The position numbers were made by a program, and so were the translations under genes. This document shows, one piece after another, positions 30,765 to 40,323 of a stretch of DNA of 64,000 bases. Every line of letters begins with the position of its first letter. Position 1 is the first letter of the stretch. Under the pieces are notes generated by a model that did no database searches, was not told the origin of the DNA, and saw nothing but the letters and a program-made list of their open reading frames with translations. Source of the stretch: a virus (Duplodnaviria; Caudoviricetes); IMG/VR virus record IMGVR_UViG_3300033068_001067, positions 2,312 through 66,311 of that record; one strand, 5' to 3'.

Positions 30765-31763
30765 ATGAAAAAAGCACTTGTATTAGGCGGGACAGGGACA
30801 ATTGGTCATCAGCTTTGCAGACGACTTAAATCAGAAGGTTTTTGGGTAAGGTGTGTTGATAGAAAACGCAATGAATATTCGGATACGGTATGTGATGAAT
30901 TGGTTATAGGCGATTTAAGGGATGCAGATTTTGTAAGCAAAGTAATGATTTCCCCTAGCCAAAAATCAATAAACGATAAAGTTAATTCCTTTGATGAAGT
31001 GTACGCATTAATGGCTGAAATGGGCGGGGCTAATTATGTATTTACAAAAGATAATGATGCTGAAATAATACACAATTCAGCATTGATGAATTTAAACGTT
31101 TGCAATTATGCGTCATTGATGCAAGTTAAAAAAATATTTTTTTCATCAAGTGCTTGTTGTTATAGTGAAAGTTTGCAAATGACGACAGATAATGCAGGGC
31201 TAAAAGAATCGGGGGCTTGGGTAGGTGGTAAGCCAGACAGCGTGTATGGGATAGAAAAATTATTTTCAGAACAAGTATATGATTCATTTAGAAGGAACAA
31301 AGGTTTAAATATAAGAGTAGCAAGATTCCATAATATTTTTTCAGAAGAAGGCTGTTGGAATAACGGCAGAGAAAAATTCCCTGCCGCTTGTTGTAGAAAA
31401 GTAGCGGAAGCCGCAGATGGGGAAGAAATAGAAATTATGGGGGATGGGTTGCAAACAAGGTCGTTTCTTTATTGTCAAGAAGCATTAGATGGGATAAGAA
31501 AATTAATGGATTCTGATTATCAATATCCAATTAATATAGGTAGTGATGAAATGATAAGTATTAACGACCTTGCTAAAATGGTTATTGAAATAAGTGGTAA
31601 AAAACTTACAATAAAAAATATAGAAAGCAATGCAGTTGGCGTAAGGGGCAGAAACAGTGACAACACTTTGATAAAAGAAGTATTAGGATGGTCGCCAACT
31701 CAACCGCTAAAAGTAGGTATGGAGAAATTGTATAAATGGGTAAAATCACAAACCAATCCTTAA
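30765..31763 (+). CDS. NAD-dependent epimerase, GDP-mannose 3,5-epimerase-like
   Basis: GGTGTIG Rossmann motif; YGIEK (YxxxK); GREKFPAACCRKVA; GDGLQTRSF; GVRGRNSDN. Confidence 0.85.
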   Translation: MKKALVLGGTGTIGHQLCRRLKSEGFWVRCVDRKRNEYSDTVCDELVIGDLRDADFVSKVMISPSQKSINDKVNSFDEVYALMAEMGGANYVFTKDNDAEIIHNSALMNLNVCNYASLMQVKKIFFSSSACCYSESLQMTTDNAGLKESGAWVGGKPDSVYGIEKLFSEQVYDSFRRNKGLNIRVARFHNIFSEEGCWNNGREKFPAACCRKVAEAADGEEIEIMGDGLQTRSFLYCQEALDGIRKLMDSDYQYPINIGSDEMISINDLAKMVIEISGKKLTIKNIESNAVGVRGRNSDNTLIKEVLGWSPTQPLKVGMEKLYKWVKSQTNP

Positions 31764-31765
31764 TT

Positions 31766-32389
31766 ATGGATAAAGCAGTAATAAAGGGCAAGGGAGATGT
31801 CGTTTTAAAATCTGGAGTTACAATAAATGAGTATGTAAAAGTGCATAGGTGGATTTCAAAAATGAAAGGGAAAGCATATAAGTGTGAAAATCAAAATTGT
31901 GATGGTTTGAGTGTTAATTATCATCATTCTTTAAAAAAAGGTAAAAGGTACGAAAAGGATGTAGAGAATTTTTGGATGTTATGTGTTAAGTGCCATAAAA
32001 AATATGATTGGAAAGACGAGTTTGCTAATCATGTAAGAGGCATGAAATTAAGCGATGAGACAAAAGCTAAACTTGCAGCAGCGAATTTAGGCAAAAAGGC
32101 TTCCGATGAAACTAAGCGCAAATTGTCGGAACGGTTTAGTGGTAGTAATAATCCTATGTACGGAGTTAGTATTTCTGGCGAAAAAAGCGCTTGGTGGGGT
32201 AGAAAGCACACTGAAAATTCAAAAATAAAGCAAGCAATTTCTTCAGCAAAAGTTTCAGAAGAAGTAGTTATCGAAATTCGTAGATTGGTAGACAGTGGTG
32301 TTCGACAAAAAGAAGTTGCAAAACAAGTTGGGCTAAGTAGGGCTAGTATTTGCAGAATTGTAAACAAAAAACGATATAAACAATGGTAG
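31766..32389 (+). CDS. HNH endonuclease with NUMOD3 and C-terminal HTH
   Basis: CENQNC...MLCVKCHKKYD; KLSDETKAKL and GRKHTENSK NUMOD3 repeats; VRQKEVAKQVG HTH. Confidence 0.8.
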   Translation: MDKAVIKGKGDVVLKSGVTINEYVKVHRWISKMKGKAYKCENQNCDGLSVNYHHSLKKGKRYEKDVENFWMLCVKCHKKYDWKDEFANHVRGMKLSDETKAKLAAANLGKKASDETKRKLSERFSGSNNPMYGVSISGEKSAWWGRKHTENSKIKQAISSAKVSEEVVIEIRRLVDSGVRQKEVAKQVGLSRASICRIVNKKRYKQW

Positions 32390-33144
32390 GGACAAGATTT
32401 TATGGGCGAATGGGCAATGTATTTTTCCAAGCGGCTCACTGCATAGCGTTTGCTCTAAGGAACAACGAAGATTTTTCTATGCCAAATAGAACAACAAATC
32501 CATTTTGGAATCCTTTGTACTTAGGTCACTTAGTTCATCCTAATTATATTCAAGGACGTGAAGATGTGCTTATTAACGAAAACGGGCATCAGTGGCAACC
32601 AATAGAGTACAAAGAAGAATGGAGAGGTAAACAAGTTGTATTAAATGGCTACTGGCAGTCCGAAAAATACTTCCTTGAATACAGAGACGAAATACTTTAC
32701 CTATTCCAATTCCCAAAAGAGCAATACGAAACCATATCTCTACATGCAAGGTTCGGTGATTATTTAACCGTACAAATGAATGGTAAAAAAAAGCATGTAA
32801 TAGTAGATGAAAGATACATACTTGAAGCGATTGAATTAGTGAAAAATAAAACAGGGATAAGTAACGTAAAAGTATTTTCAGACGACATACCACTATTTAA
32901 AGAAAAGTTTGCACATTTATATAACTTTGAATACAGCACTAATAAAAGCGAAGAAGCAGATATGAGAGAAATGAGTTGCTGTCATAGTTTTATAAATTCG
33001 AGCAGCACGTTTAGCTGGTGGTCTGCGTGGTTAAGTAGGAATCCCGACAAGGTTATAGTAACGCAAAAACATTGGTTTCACCCCGATGGGTGGATGGGGT
33101 TAGACACAAGCGATATTGTCCCTAATAGTTGGATAAAATTATAA
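32383..33144 (+). CDS. alpha-1,2-fucosyltransferase-like glycosyltransferase (GT11)
   Basis: GRMGNVFFQ; GYWQSEKYF; LHARFGDY; INSSSTFSWWSAWL. Confidence 0.88.
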   Translation: MVGTRFYGRMGNVFFQAAHCIAFALRNNEDFSMPNRTTNPFWNPLYLGHLVHPNYIQGREDVLINENGHQWQPIEYKEEWRGKQVVLNGYWQSEKYFLEYRDEILYLFQFPKEQYETISLHARFGDYLTVQMNGKKKHVIVDERYILEAIELVKNKTGISNVKVFSDDIPLFKEKFAHLYNFEYSTNKSEEADMREMSCCHSFINSSSTFSWWSAWLSRNPDKVIVTQKHWFHPDGWMGLDTSDIVPNSWIKL

Positions 33145-33145
33145 T

Positions 33146-33763
33146 ATGAATAAAAAAACAATAGCAGAAGTAGGCATACCCGATTCGATGTTTGATTTTA
33201 AAAAGTTTTATCAATGGGTAGCACAACAAATGCCTAATGATTGTAAGATAGCAGAAGTAGGAGTAGCAGACGGGGCATCAGCATTATACCTATGCCATGA
33301 GTTATACAAGTTAGGTAAGACGTTTAAATTATACATGGTGGATGATATGGACTACGGGAAGTATGAGCAGATGAAAAGTATCTATCAGAATATTATAGCA
33401 ACAGGTTTTGGCGAAGAAACAGAAGTTGTACCTTACCCTTCATTGGTTGCTGCGGATATGTTTAATGATGGTTATTTTGATTGTGTTTTTCTCGACAGTT
33501 CCCACACATATCCCGAAACAAAATTTGAGATACTAAAGTGGTATCCTAAAGTGAAAGATGAAGGATTTTTAGCAGGGCATGATTACAATAGTTTAGAAGT
33601 TAAAATGTCAGTAGAAGATACGATACCAACTTACTTTACTAGAGAACCAATTAATGACCAAATATTCAAAGCAGAAAAAGTATTGCAAATAGAAAATACC
33701 GAAAAAGGGTATGGTGTTTTTTGGTTACAAAAACAATGGTACTTAAAACTATTAAACCAATAA
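33146..33763 (+). CDS. class I SAM-dependent methyltransferase (Methyltransf_24-like)
   Basis: IAEVGVADGAS; VFLDSSHTY; LAGHDY. Confidence 0.85.
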   Translation: MNKKTIAEVGIPDSMFDFKKFYQWVAQQMPNDCKIAEVGVADGASALYLCHELYKLGKTFKLYMVDDMDYGKYEQMKSIYQNIIATGFGEETEVVPYPSLVAADMFNDGYFDCVFLDSSHTYPETKFEILKWYPKVKDEGFLAGHDYNSLEVKMSVEDTIPTYFTREPINDQIFKAEKVLQIENTEKGYGVFWLQKQWYLKLLNQ

Positions 33764-33766
33764 GTT

Positions 33767-34447
33767 ATGCTATTAAAATTTTCGGATTTAGTTAAGAAGT
33801 ACAACATGAATATAAAAGGAGTTGTACAAGTTGGTTGTCATTGGGCGGAAGAACATGAATATTATTTATCAGAGGGTATAAATAAGTTCGTTTATGTAGA
33901 GCCATGTAAAGAAGCGTTCCAAAAAACAATAGATAAATTCTTCACTAAAGAAGAACAAATAAACATTGAAAAAATTAATGGGATACCATTTGTTGCCAAA
34001 AGTGATAATAGTATTATTTGTTACAATTGTGCTTGTGGTGAAGAACGTAGAAATGATGTTATGTATGTTTCACACAACAATCAAGGGCAATCAAATAGTT
34101 TATTAAAGCCCGAAAAACACTTGCAGCAACACCCCGAAATTATTTTTAATGATGCGGAATCGGTAATAGTTACCAAACTAGATTATTTAGACTTTGACAA
34201 AAGCGAGTACAATTTATTGGTTACAGATTGTCAAGGATACGATGGGCATGTAATGTTAGGAGCATTAGAAACACTAACTAACATTGACTACATATGTATG
34301 GAAGTAAATAAAGATAATGTTTATGAAAAAAACATGCTTATAGATGAAGTAGATAAATTGCTTTTTGATTTTAAAAGAGTAGAAACAGAATGGGTAGGAG
34401 ACTGGGGCGATGCGATTTTTGTATCAAAAAGATTACTACATTTGTAG
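33767..34447 (+). CDS. FkbM-family methyltransferase
   Basis: VQVGCH...VEP...CACG...LLVTDCQGYDGHVMLGA...EV. Confidence 0.85.
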   Translation: MLLKFSDLVKKYNMNIKGVVQVGCHWAEEHEYYLSEGINKFVYVEPCKEAFQKTIDKFFTKEEQINIEKINGIPFVAKSDNSIICYNCACGEERRNDVMYVSHNNQGQSNSLLKPEKHLQQHPEIIFNDAESVIVTKLDYLDFDKSEYNLLVTDCQGYDGHVMLGALETLTNIDYICMEVNKDNVYEKNMLIDEVDKLLFDFKRVETEWVGDWGDAIFVSKRLLHL

Positions 34448-34559
34448 TGCTTATCAATTTTAGTTTAATGAAATTATCATTTCAAAACCCTGTAAACAAG
34501 TGCAATCTATACCTAAAAGCTAAGATTGATAAGCCACTTGTTTGCAGGTTTTTGTTTTT

Positions 34560-35282
34560 ATGAATAAGGTAGATGCTAAAAATTTAGAAACATATTTGCA
34601 AAGAATACCGTTTCTTAGACAATCTTTATCAAAACAAGACTTAGATGATTTAGATGAAAAACATGAATTATCAATGTCGTTAGATATTAATAATTTAGAT
34701 GGGGAAATATGGGTAGAATTTAAAAACACTAATGGTTTATATAGCATTAGTAATTTTGGTAGAATAAAAAGGAATAAAATACCACAAACAATAGGTAGTA
34801 GGAAGCGAATAAATACAGGTGTCCCAGAGAAAATATTAAGAAGAACAACAAGAAAAGGGTATTTATACTGCATGATTTCTGTTTTAAATAAAAGAAAAAC
34901 ATTTAGGATTCATCGTGAAGTGGCTATTCATTTTATTGAGAACCCCCAAAACCTTCCAATGATAAACCATAAGAATGGGATTAGGCATGATAATAGGCTT
35001 GATAATTTAGAATGGTGTAATAATAGTCATAACCAAGTCCAATCTTTTTTAAAAAACGGCAGGGTTCATCATAGACCATTATTAGGGAAAACGGGGTATG
35101 CTTGTTTTAATTCAAAAACAGTTTGCCAATTTACGAAAGATGGGGAATACATAAGAGAGTGGGGGTCTGCTTCGGAAGCTAGTAGGCAGTTGAATATTTT
35201 TAGTTCAAGTATATCTTTTTGTTGTATTGGTAGATACAAAACGGCTGGGGGGTTTATTTGGAAATATAAATCAGACTTATGA
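34560..35282 (+). CDS. NUMOD4-HNH-NUMOD1 homing endonuclease
   Basis: GEIWVEF...YSISNFGRIK; IHREVA...INHKNGIRHDNRLDNLEWC; VCQFTKDGEYIREW. Confidence 0.88.
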   Translation: MNKVDAKNLETYLQRIPFLRQSLSKQDLDDLDEKHELSMSLDINNLDGEIWVEFKNTNGLYSISNFGRIKRNKIPQTIGSRKRINTGVPEKILRRTTRKGYLYCMISVLNKRKTFRIHREVAIHFIENPQNLPMINHKNGIRHDNRLDNLEWCNNSHNQVQSFLKNGRVHHRPLLGKTGYACFNSKTVCQFTKDGEYIREWGSASEASRQLNIFSSSISFCCIGRYKTAGGFIWKYKSDL

Positions 35283-36082
35283 TAAACGTACCAAAACAAT
35301 TCCGACCACACATCAATACAGACTATCCAAAGAATAATAAATTAATCTTTGAGGAATGGTTTGCACAACAGCCGTTACCTAAAACAGAAAGGGAGTATTT
35401 ACCTATCTTTTGGACTTCGTTTTATGTATGTAACAATTATGGGAATAATAAAAAAGCATTATACGACTTACAAGCATATATTGATACGTTGGATAAGACG
35501 AAAAAGTATGCGACAATAATACAGTACGATGATAGTATTTTGAATGATGTAAGTGGGTTGGATTTATTAAGGTTTGAAATGAGCAAAACAACGGGTTATT
35601 CGCTACCATTACTTTGTATGCCACACCCTTACAAGTACGATTTAAAAAGGGAGATATTTGCAAACTTCATAGGTAGCATGACACACCCAATTAGAAACCA
35701 TGCTAATGGGATGCCTAGTGATTGCTATGTTTCATTTAAGCCACATACGATTGAAAAGTTTACAGAGATATTAAGTAGGTCAATATTCACATTGTGTTTT
35801 CGGGGGTACGGTGCAAATAGTTTTAGGATAGCAGAAGCAGTACAGTATGGAAGCATACCCGTTTACATTTCAGATGAATTTGTTTTTGGGCATCACATGA
35901 ACTTTGAAGATTTTGGAGTAGTAATTAAAAGCGAAGATGCACATAGGATAAATGAAATACTAAGAGCCATACCGCTAATAGATATTGTAACGAAACAAGA
36001 TAATTTAGCAAAGGCTTATGAAAAGTACTTTACCTATCAATCCAACTACGAACTAATACTAAAAGCACTCGATGAAACTTAA
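35279..36082 (+). CDS. exostosin-like glycosyltransferase (GT47)
   Basis: SIFTLCFRGYGANSFRIAEAVQYGSIPVYISD. Confidence 0.8.
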   Translation: MINVPKQFRPHINTDYPKNNKLIFEEWFAQQPLPKTEREYLPIFWTSFYVCNNYGNNKKALYDLQAYIDTLDKTKKYATIIQYDDSILNDVSGLDLLRFEMSKTTGYSLPLLCMPHPYKYDLKREIFANFIGSMTHPIRNHANGMPSDCYVSFKPHTIEKFTEILSRSIFTLCFRGYGANSFRIAEAVQYGSIPVYISDEFVFGHHMNFEDFGVVIKSEDAHRINEILRAIPLIDIVTKQDNLAKAYEKYFTYQSNYELILKALDET

Positions 36083-36623
36083 TATTATTCATGGAAAACA
36101 AAGTAAGCGACTGCCAATATTATACAAAGAGTTATCAGAACAAGAGATAACCGATTTTGAGATATGGCAAGGGGTACATGATAGCAATTCAGTAGTACGT
36201 TCCATAAACCTATCTCACAAACAAATAGTACAAAACGCAAAAGATTTAGGGCTGCAAAAAGTTTGCATAGCGGAAGATGATATAATGTTCCTTCACCCAC
36301 AAGGGTATCAATATTTTTTAGAAAACGAACCCCAAACATACGATATGTACTTAGGGGGTATTTACTTAGGGGATATAAGAAAAGATTACACAGTAGAATA
36401 CTTTACAGGGATGCACCTATACATCATTCACGAACTATTCTATGATACATTTTTAAGCCTACCCGAACATGAACATATAGACAGGGCTTTATCGGGATTA
36501 GGGCTGTACAAAGTATGCAATAAGTTTGTAGCCATGCAGCATAATGGTGTTTCTTCAAACACAGGCAAACATGAAGTTTACGATAAATTTCTAAATAACA
36601 GACAAGTTTTTAATGGTTATTAA
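36072..36623 (+). CDS. glycosyltransferase family 25-like
   Basis: SINLSHKQIV...VCIAEDDIMF...YLGG...GMHLY. Confidence 0.65.
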   Translation: MKLNIIHGKQSKRLPILYKELSEQEITDFEIWQGVHDSNSVVRSINLSHKQIVQNAKDLGLQKVCIAEDDIMFLHPQGYQYFLENEPQTYDMYLGGIYLGDIRKDYTVEYFTGMHLYIIHELFYDTFLSLPEHEHIDRALSGLGLYKVCNKFVAMQHNGVSSNTGKHEVYDKFLNNRQVFNGY

Positions 36624-36637
36624 AAAAACCTTAATTT
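36620..36637 (+). promoter_or_regulatory. late-promoter motif, copy 2
   Basis: Identical to 7058-7075; upstream of the portal gene. Confidence 0.55.
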
Positions 36638-36679
36638 CGTAGAGACTTTAATGTAATTTTAATCCCAAAATCTAAAGAC

Positions 36680-39067
36680 TTGGATAGCCAAACCAATTAC
36701 CCACCGCATAATATAGACCCTAGAAATAAGGGCTTCGCTTGGATTTTACAATACATCAAAGCAGCATGGACAGATAGTCAAGGTTACTTAGCAGGTAAAT
36801 CTTTGTTCTTTGGGCAAAGCAAATACGATGAAATCCGACAATATGCTATGGGTAAGCAAAGCATAAACAAGTACAAAAAGATTTTATTAGCGGATGAAAC
36901 AGACGACAAATCTTGGTTAAGTATTAGTTGGGATGTACCTTCTTTCCTTACAAAATTTAGAGAAATAGCAATAGCTAAACTTAATCAAAAGCAATTTGAT
37001 TTACAAGCCTATGCAGTTGACCCCTTAGCAAGAAGCGAAGAAGATGCTAAGTTTAACGAAATGAAGGTTAAGGTTTTAATGAGAGAACAAGCATTGGCAA
37101 TGCAAAGCGAGTTGGCAGACACCCCCGTATTAGCACCAACACAAGGCGAACCAGAAGATATGGAACAGTTGCTTATGCAAAAAGAATTTGGCTATAAGCA
37201 TGTAATGGGTATGGAAGCGGAGTTGGGTATTCAATTGGTTTTTGGACAAAATAACATAGAAGAAAAGAGAAAGCGAACTATTGAAAACCAAGTAGATTAT
37301 GGCATTGGCGGGTACACTACATGGATTGACCATAATGGCAACACTAAGTTTAGAGAATTGAACCCTAGAAATCTAGTGCTATCCTACTGCGAAAAGAACG
37401 ACTTTTCGGACTTAGTACATTGGGGTGAAGCAATAGAACTCCCCGTAGTAGATTTAGTGCCATACTTCGATAAAAAGCAGATGGATGATATTTGTGTTAA
37501 TGTAGCAGGTAAGTGGGGCAATCCTAGTACTTATAGAGCAGCACAAGGGGCAACAAACCCCGATTGGAGTAGATTTAAGGTATTAGTATTAGACTTTAAA
37601 TTCCTATCATGGAACGAAACGGTTTACAAAGACGAAGTAGATGGTAGGGGTAATACAAGGTTTGGAAAAACAAACTATGACGACAAGAAATACCTATCAG
37701 TTAATAAAAACGGGTTACTTGCAGAATACACAATGCCTACCGATGTAGAAACTACAAGTGGTGGTAGCCCAACAGCAAAATACATTTCTACCAACGTAAA
37801 GGTAGTTTACAAAGGCAAATGGCTAATTGGTACAGATTTAATGTACGATTGGGGTTTGCAAGAAAACATGTCAAGAAAGTCAAGCACATGGACTGATACC
37901 AACTTAGATATTCAGTTGTATGCTTGGAACTTTAATCAAATGCAATTTACAGGTATTACCGAAAGGCTAATCCCTTTTGAAGATAAAGCATGTTTGGCTT
38001 GGTTTAGGTTACAGAACATGGCAAACCGATTAATCCCTTACTTAATTAATATTGACTTAACGACAATAGAAAGTACAGGTTTTGGTAAAGGTGGTGCAAA
38101 CATGAAACCTGCCGAATTGATTGACTTCGTTTTTAGCACTTTTGTTGTGCCTTACCGTTCTACTGATTTACTAAGTAGCAACCCCAACTACAAACCCGTA
38201 ACAATTGAAGCAACAGGGCAACTAGCAGCCTTTGGGCAACTTTATGAGGAACTAGCCCACACCATTGAGATGATGCGTCAAGTTACAGGTCTAAATGAAG
38301 CTACTGATGCAAGTACGGTAAATGCTAAAACCTTAAATGGTGCAACACAAGCCATGATGGAAAGCACTAACAATGCTTTGTACTTAGTATCAAATGCTGA
38401 CAAACAATTAATGGTAAGATTGGCAGATAGTATAGTTACCAAAATACAAATAGCAGTAGGATTAGGTAAGGTAGAAGGCTACGCAAAAGCACTTGGTAGT
38501 GATACAGTAAATTTCATCAAAATAAACCCCGATATTTCTTTGTATGAGTTAGGTATTTTCATTGAAGATGCACCTACCCAACAACAAAGAGAAATGCTAT
38601 GGCAAGATATTAGCATCAAAGAATCACAAGGGCTATTAAGTATTGAAGATAAGGTAATGATAATGTCGGTTCGCAACTTGAAGCAAGCCGCAATGATGTT
38701 GGCATACAAGATTAAAAAGCGTAAAGAAGAACAGCAACAATTTGAACTACAAAAAATACAAGAGAATAATCAAGGGCAACAGCAAATGCTAATGACTGCG
38801 GAACAAATGAAGCAGCAAACTTTACAGATGCAAGCCCAATTAGATATTCAAAGAATAACCACAGAAAAGCAATGGGAATTTGAGATAGAGAAGATGAAGA
38901 AAATGATGGATTTTGAAGGTGAAACCGTACAAGCAGACGCAAGAACAATAGGGCATCAAATACAAGCAGATGCCAAAGTTTATGCAAGTCAAATAGCGGC
39001 AGAAGGTGGGCTAATAAAACAACAAATACAAAACGAAAAACCACAACCTAAGTCAAAAAGTAAATAA
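36680..39067 (+). CDS. portal protein
   Basis: 795 aa; YAMGKQSINKYK...ISWDVP...QLDAYAVDP-like start, MRQVTGLNEATDAS, Q-rich barrel-like C-terminus; precedes scaffold and capsid genes. Confidence 0.8.
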   Translation: MDSQTNYPPHNIDPRNKGFAWILQYIKAAWTDSQGYLAGKSLFFGQSKYDEIRQYAMGKQSINKYKKILLADETDDKSWLSISWDVPSFLTKFREIAIAKLNQKQFDLQAYAVDPLARSEEDAKFNEMKVKVLMREQALAMQSELADTPVLAPTQGEPEDMEQLLMQKEFGYKHVMGMEAELGIQLVFGQNNIEEKRKRTIENQVDYGIGGYTTWIDHNGNTKFRELNPRNLVLSYCEKNDFSDLVHWGEAIELPVVDLVPYFDKKQMDDICVNVAGKWGNPSTYRAAQGATNPDWSRFKVLVLDFKFLSWNETVYKDEVDGRGNTRFGKTNYDDKKYLSVNKNGLLAEYTMPTDVETTSGGSPTAKYISTNVKVVYKGKWLIGTDLMYDWGLQENMSRKSSTWTDTNLDIQLYAWNFNQMQFTGITERLIPFEDKACLAWFRLQNMANRLIPYLINIDLTTIESTGFGKGGANMKPAELIDFVFSTFVVPYRSTDLLSSNPNYKPVTIEATGQLAAFGQLYEELAHTIEMMRQVTGLNEATDASTVNAKTLNGATQAMMESTNNALYLVSNADKQLMVRLADSIVTKIQIAVGLGKVEGYAKALGSDTVNFIKINPDISLYELGIFIEDAPTQQQREMLWQDISIKESQGLLSIEDKVMIMSVRNLKQAAMMLAYKIKKRKEEQQQFELQKIQENNQGQQQMLMTAEQMKQQTLQMQAQLDIQRITTEKQWEFEIEKMKKMMDFEGETVQADARTIGHQIQADAKVYASQIAAEGGLIKQQIQNEKPQPKSKSK

Positions 39068-39102
39068 TTTAAGGTGTTTTTAATTTTTTAATCAGTTTTT
39101 AA

Positions 39103-39110
39103 TACATTTG
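39103..39110 (+). promoter_or_regulatory. Bacteroidota-type -7 box (TACATTTG)
   Basis: TAnnTTTG match upstream of the scaffold gene. Confidence 0.5.
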
Positions 39111-39129
39111 TTTAACCAAAAATAATTTT

Positions 39130-40296
39130 ATGTCAGAAACTATCCAAGTAAGGCAAACCACTTATTCTAATTTAGCGGCACAAAATGAAACCGAAACGCC
39201 AATAGAAACAACAGCCGTTGCACAAGAACAAGCAGCAACTACTGATGATAAATTAGGAGTGGTAGAAGTACCCGAAGTGATAGCAGAAACACAGACACAA
39301 GAACAAGCAGCCGAAACAACCACTACCGAAACAGAAACACAAGAAGATAACGAAGCAAGTGTAAGTTTCAACTATGAAGATTTCGGCACACAAGAACAAG
39401 CACAACCCGAACAGCAAGCACAGCCACAACAAGTTTCTTTAAAAGAACTTATTAAAAAAGCAAGTGCGGATGAAGTAAAAGAGTTATTAAAAGAAGTAGG
39501 TATTGAAGATTTTGCTTTAGAATTAAATGAGCATATCAAAAAAGGTGGTAAGCCGATTGATTACTTAAATGCAAAAGCAATAGATTGGGATGTAGTACCC
39601 GATACTGATATGGTTAAGGATAACTTGAAAAAAGAGTTCCCCAACTTAACAGAACAAGAAATAACAAAGCTGTACAACAAAAAATATAACCAATCAGACC
39701 TTGCGGATGAAGACGAAAAAGAAGATGGGTTATTGATGTTGAAAGCAGATGCTTACAAATTAAGACAACAAAAGAAGGCTGAACAAGCCCAATTTAAAAT
39801 AGCTGATGGTAAGGTGTTACAACAAGAGGTTACAGCATCCGACCCATTATCACAACAACAAGCCGAGCAACAAAGAAAACAATACGAAGCAGTCGTTGAT
39901 TTCTTTAAAAACCATGAAGCCACAAAAGCCGTAACAGAAAGCAAGAGAGTTGCTATTGATTTAGGCGAAAATGGCACATTTAATTTCAAGTTGGAGAAGC
40001 CCGAAATATTGCTAAATGCAGTACTCGATGCTAACACTTGGGCAAGAATCACAGCCGCAAATCCGGGAGAGCCTGATGCGTCTAAACTACAACCCGATGT
40101 AAAAAAACTGCAAAGATTAGTTCTTGCAGCCATCAACCCCAACTATGAAAAGGACTTGGTAAATTATGGTAAATCATTAGGTAAGAAAAGTTTTATAAAG
40201 GAACAGCAAAATGCACAAAGACCTTTAGGACAATCTGCCAATCAATCAACAGATAAGCCTTCGTTTGCAATTGGAGTTGGCGGTAGGTACAACTAA
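39130..40296 (+). CDS. capsid scaffolding protein (putative)
   Basis: Acidic E/Q/T-rich N-terminus; located between portal and MCP. Confidence 0.7.
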   Translation: MSETIQVRQTTYSNLAAQNETETPIETTAVAQEQAATTDDKLGVVEVPEVIAETQTQEQAAETTTTETETQEDNEASVSFNYEDFGTQEQAQPEQQAQPQQVSLKELIKKASADEVKELLKEVGIEDFALELNEHIKKGGKPIDYLNAKAIDWDVVPDTDMVKDNLKKEFPNLTEQEITKLYNKKYNQSDLADEDEKEDGLLMLKADAYKLRQQKKAEQAQFKIADGKVLQQEVTASDPLSQQQAEQQRKQYEAVVDFFKNHEATKAVTESKRVAIDLGENGTFNFKLEKPEILLNAVLDANTWARITAANPGEPDASKLQPDVKKLQRLVLAAINPNYEKDLVNYGKSLGKKSFIKEQQNAQRPLGQSANQSTDKPSFAIGVGGRYN

Positions 40297-40323
40297 TTCC
40301 AAACAAATAAAAACTTAAAAAAA

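Noticed and set aside
26177-35282. Group I introns or inteins around the homing endonucleases
   Set aside because: Flanking genes (terL, GTs, epimerase, MTases) look complete and there is almost no non-coding space for a ribozyme.
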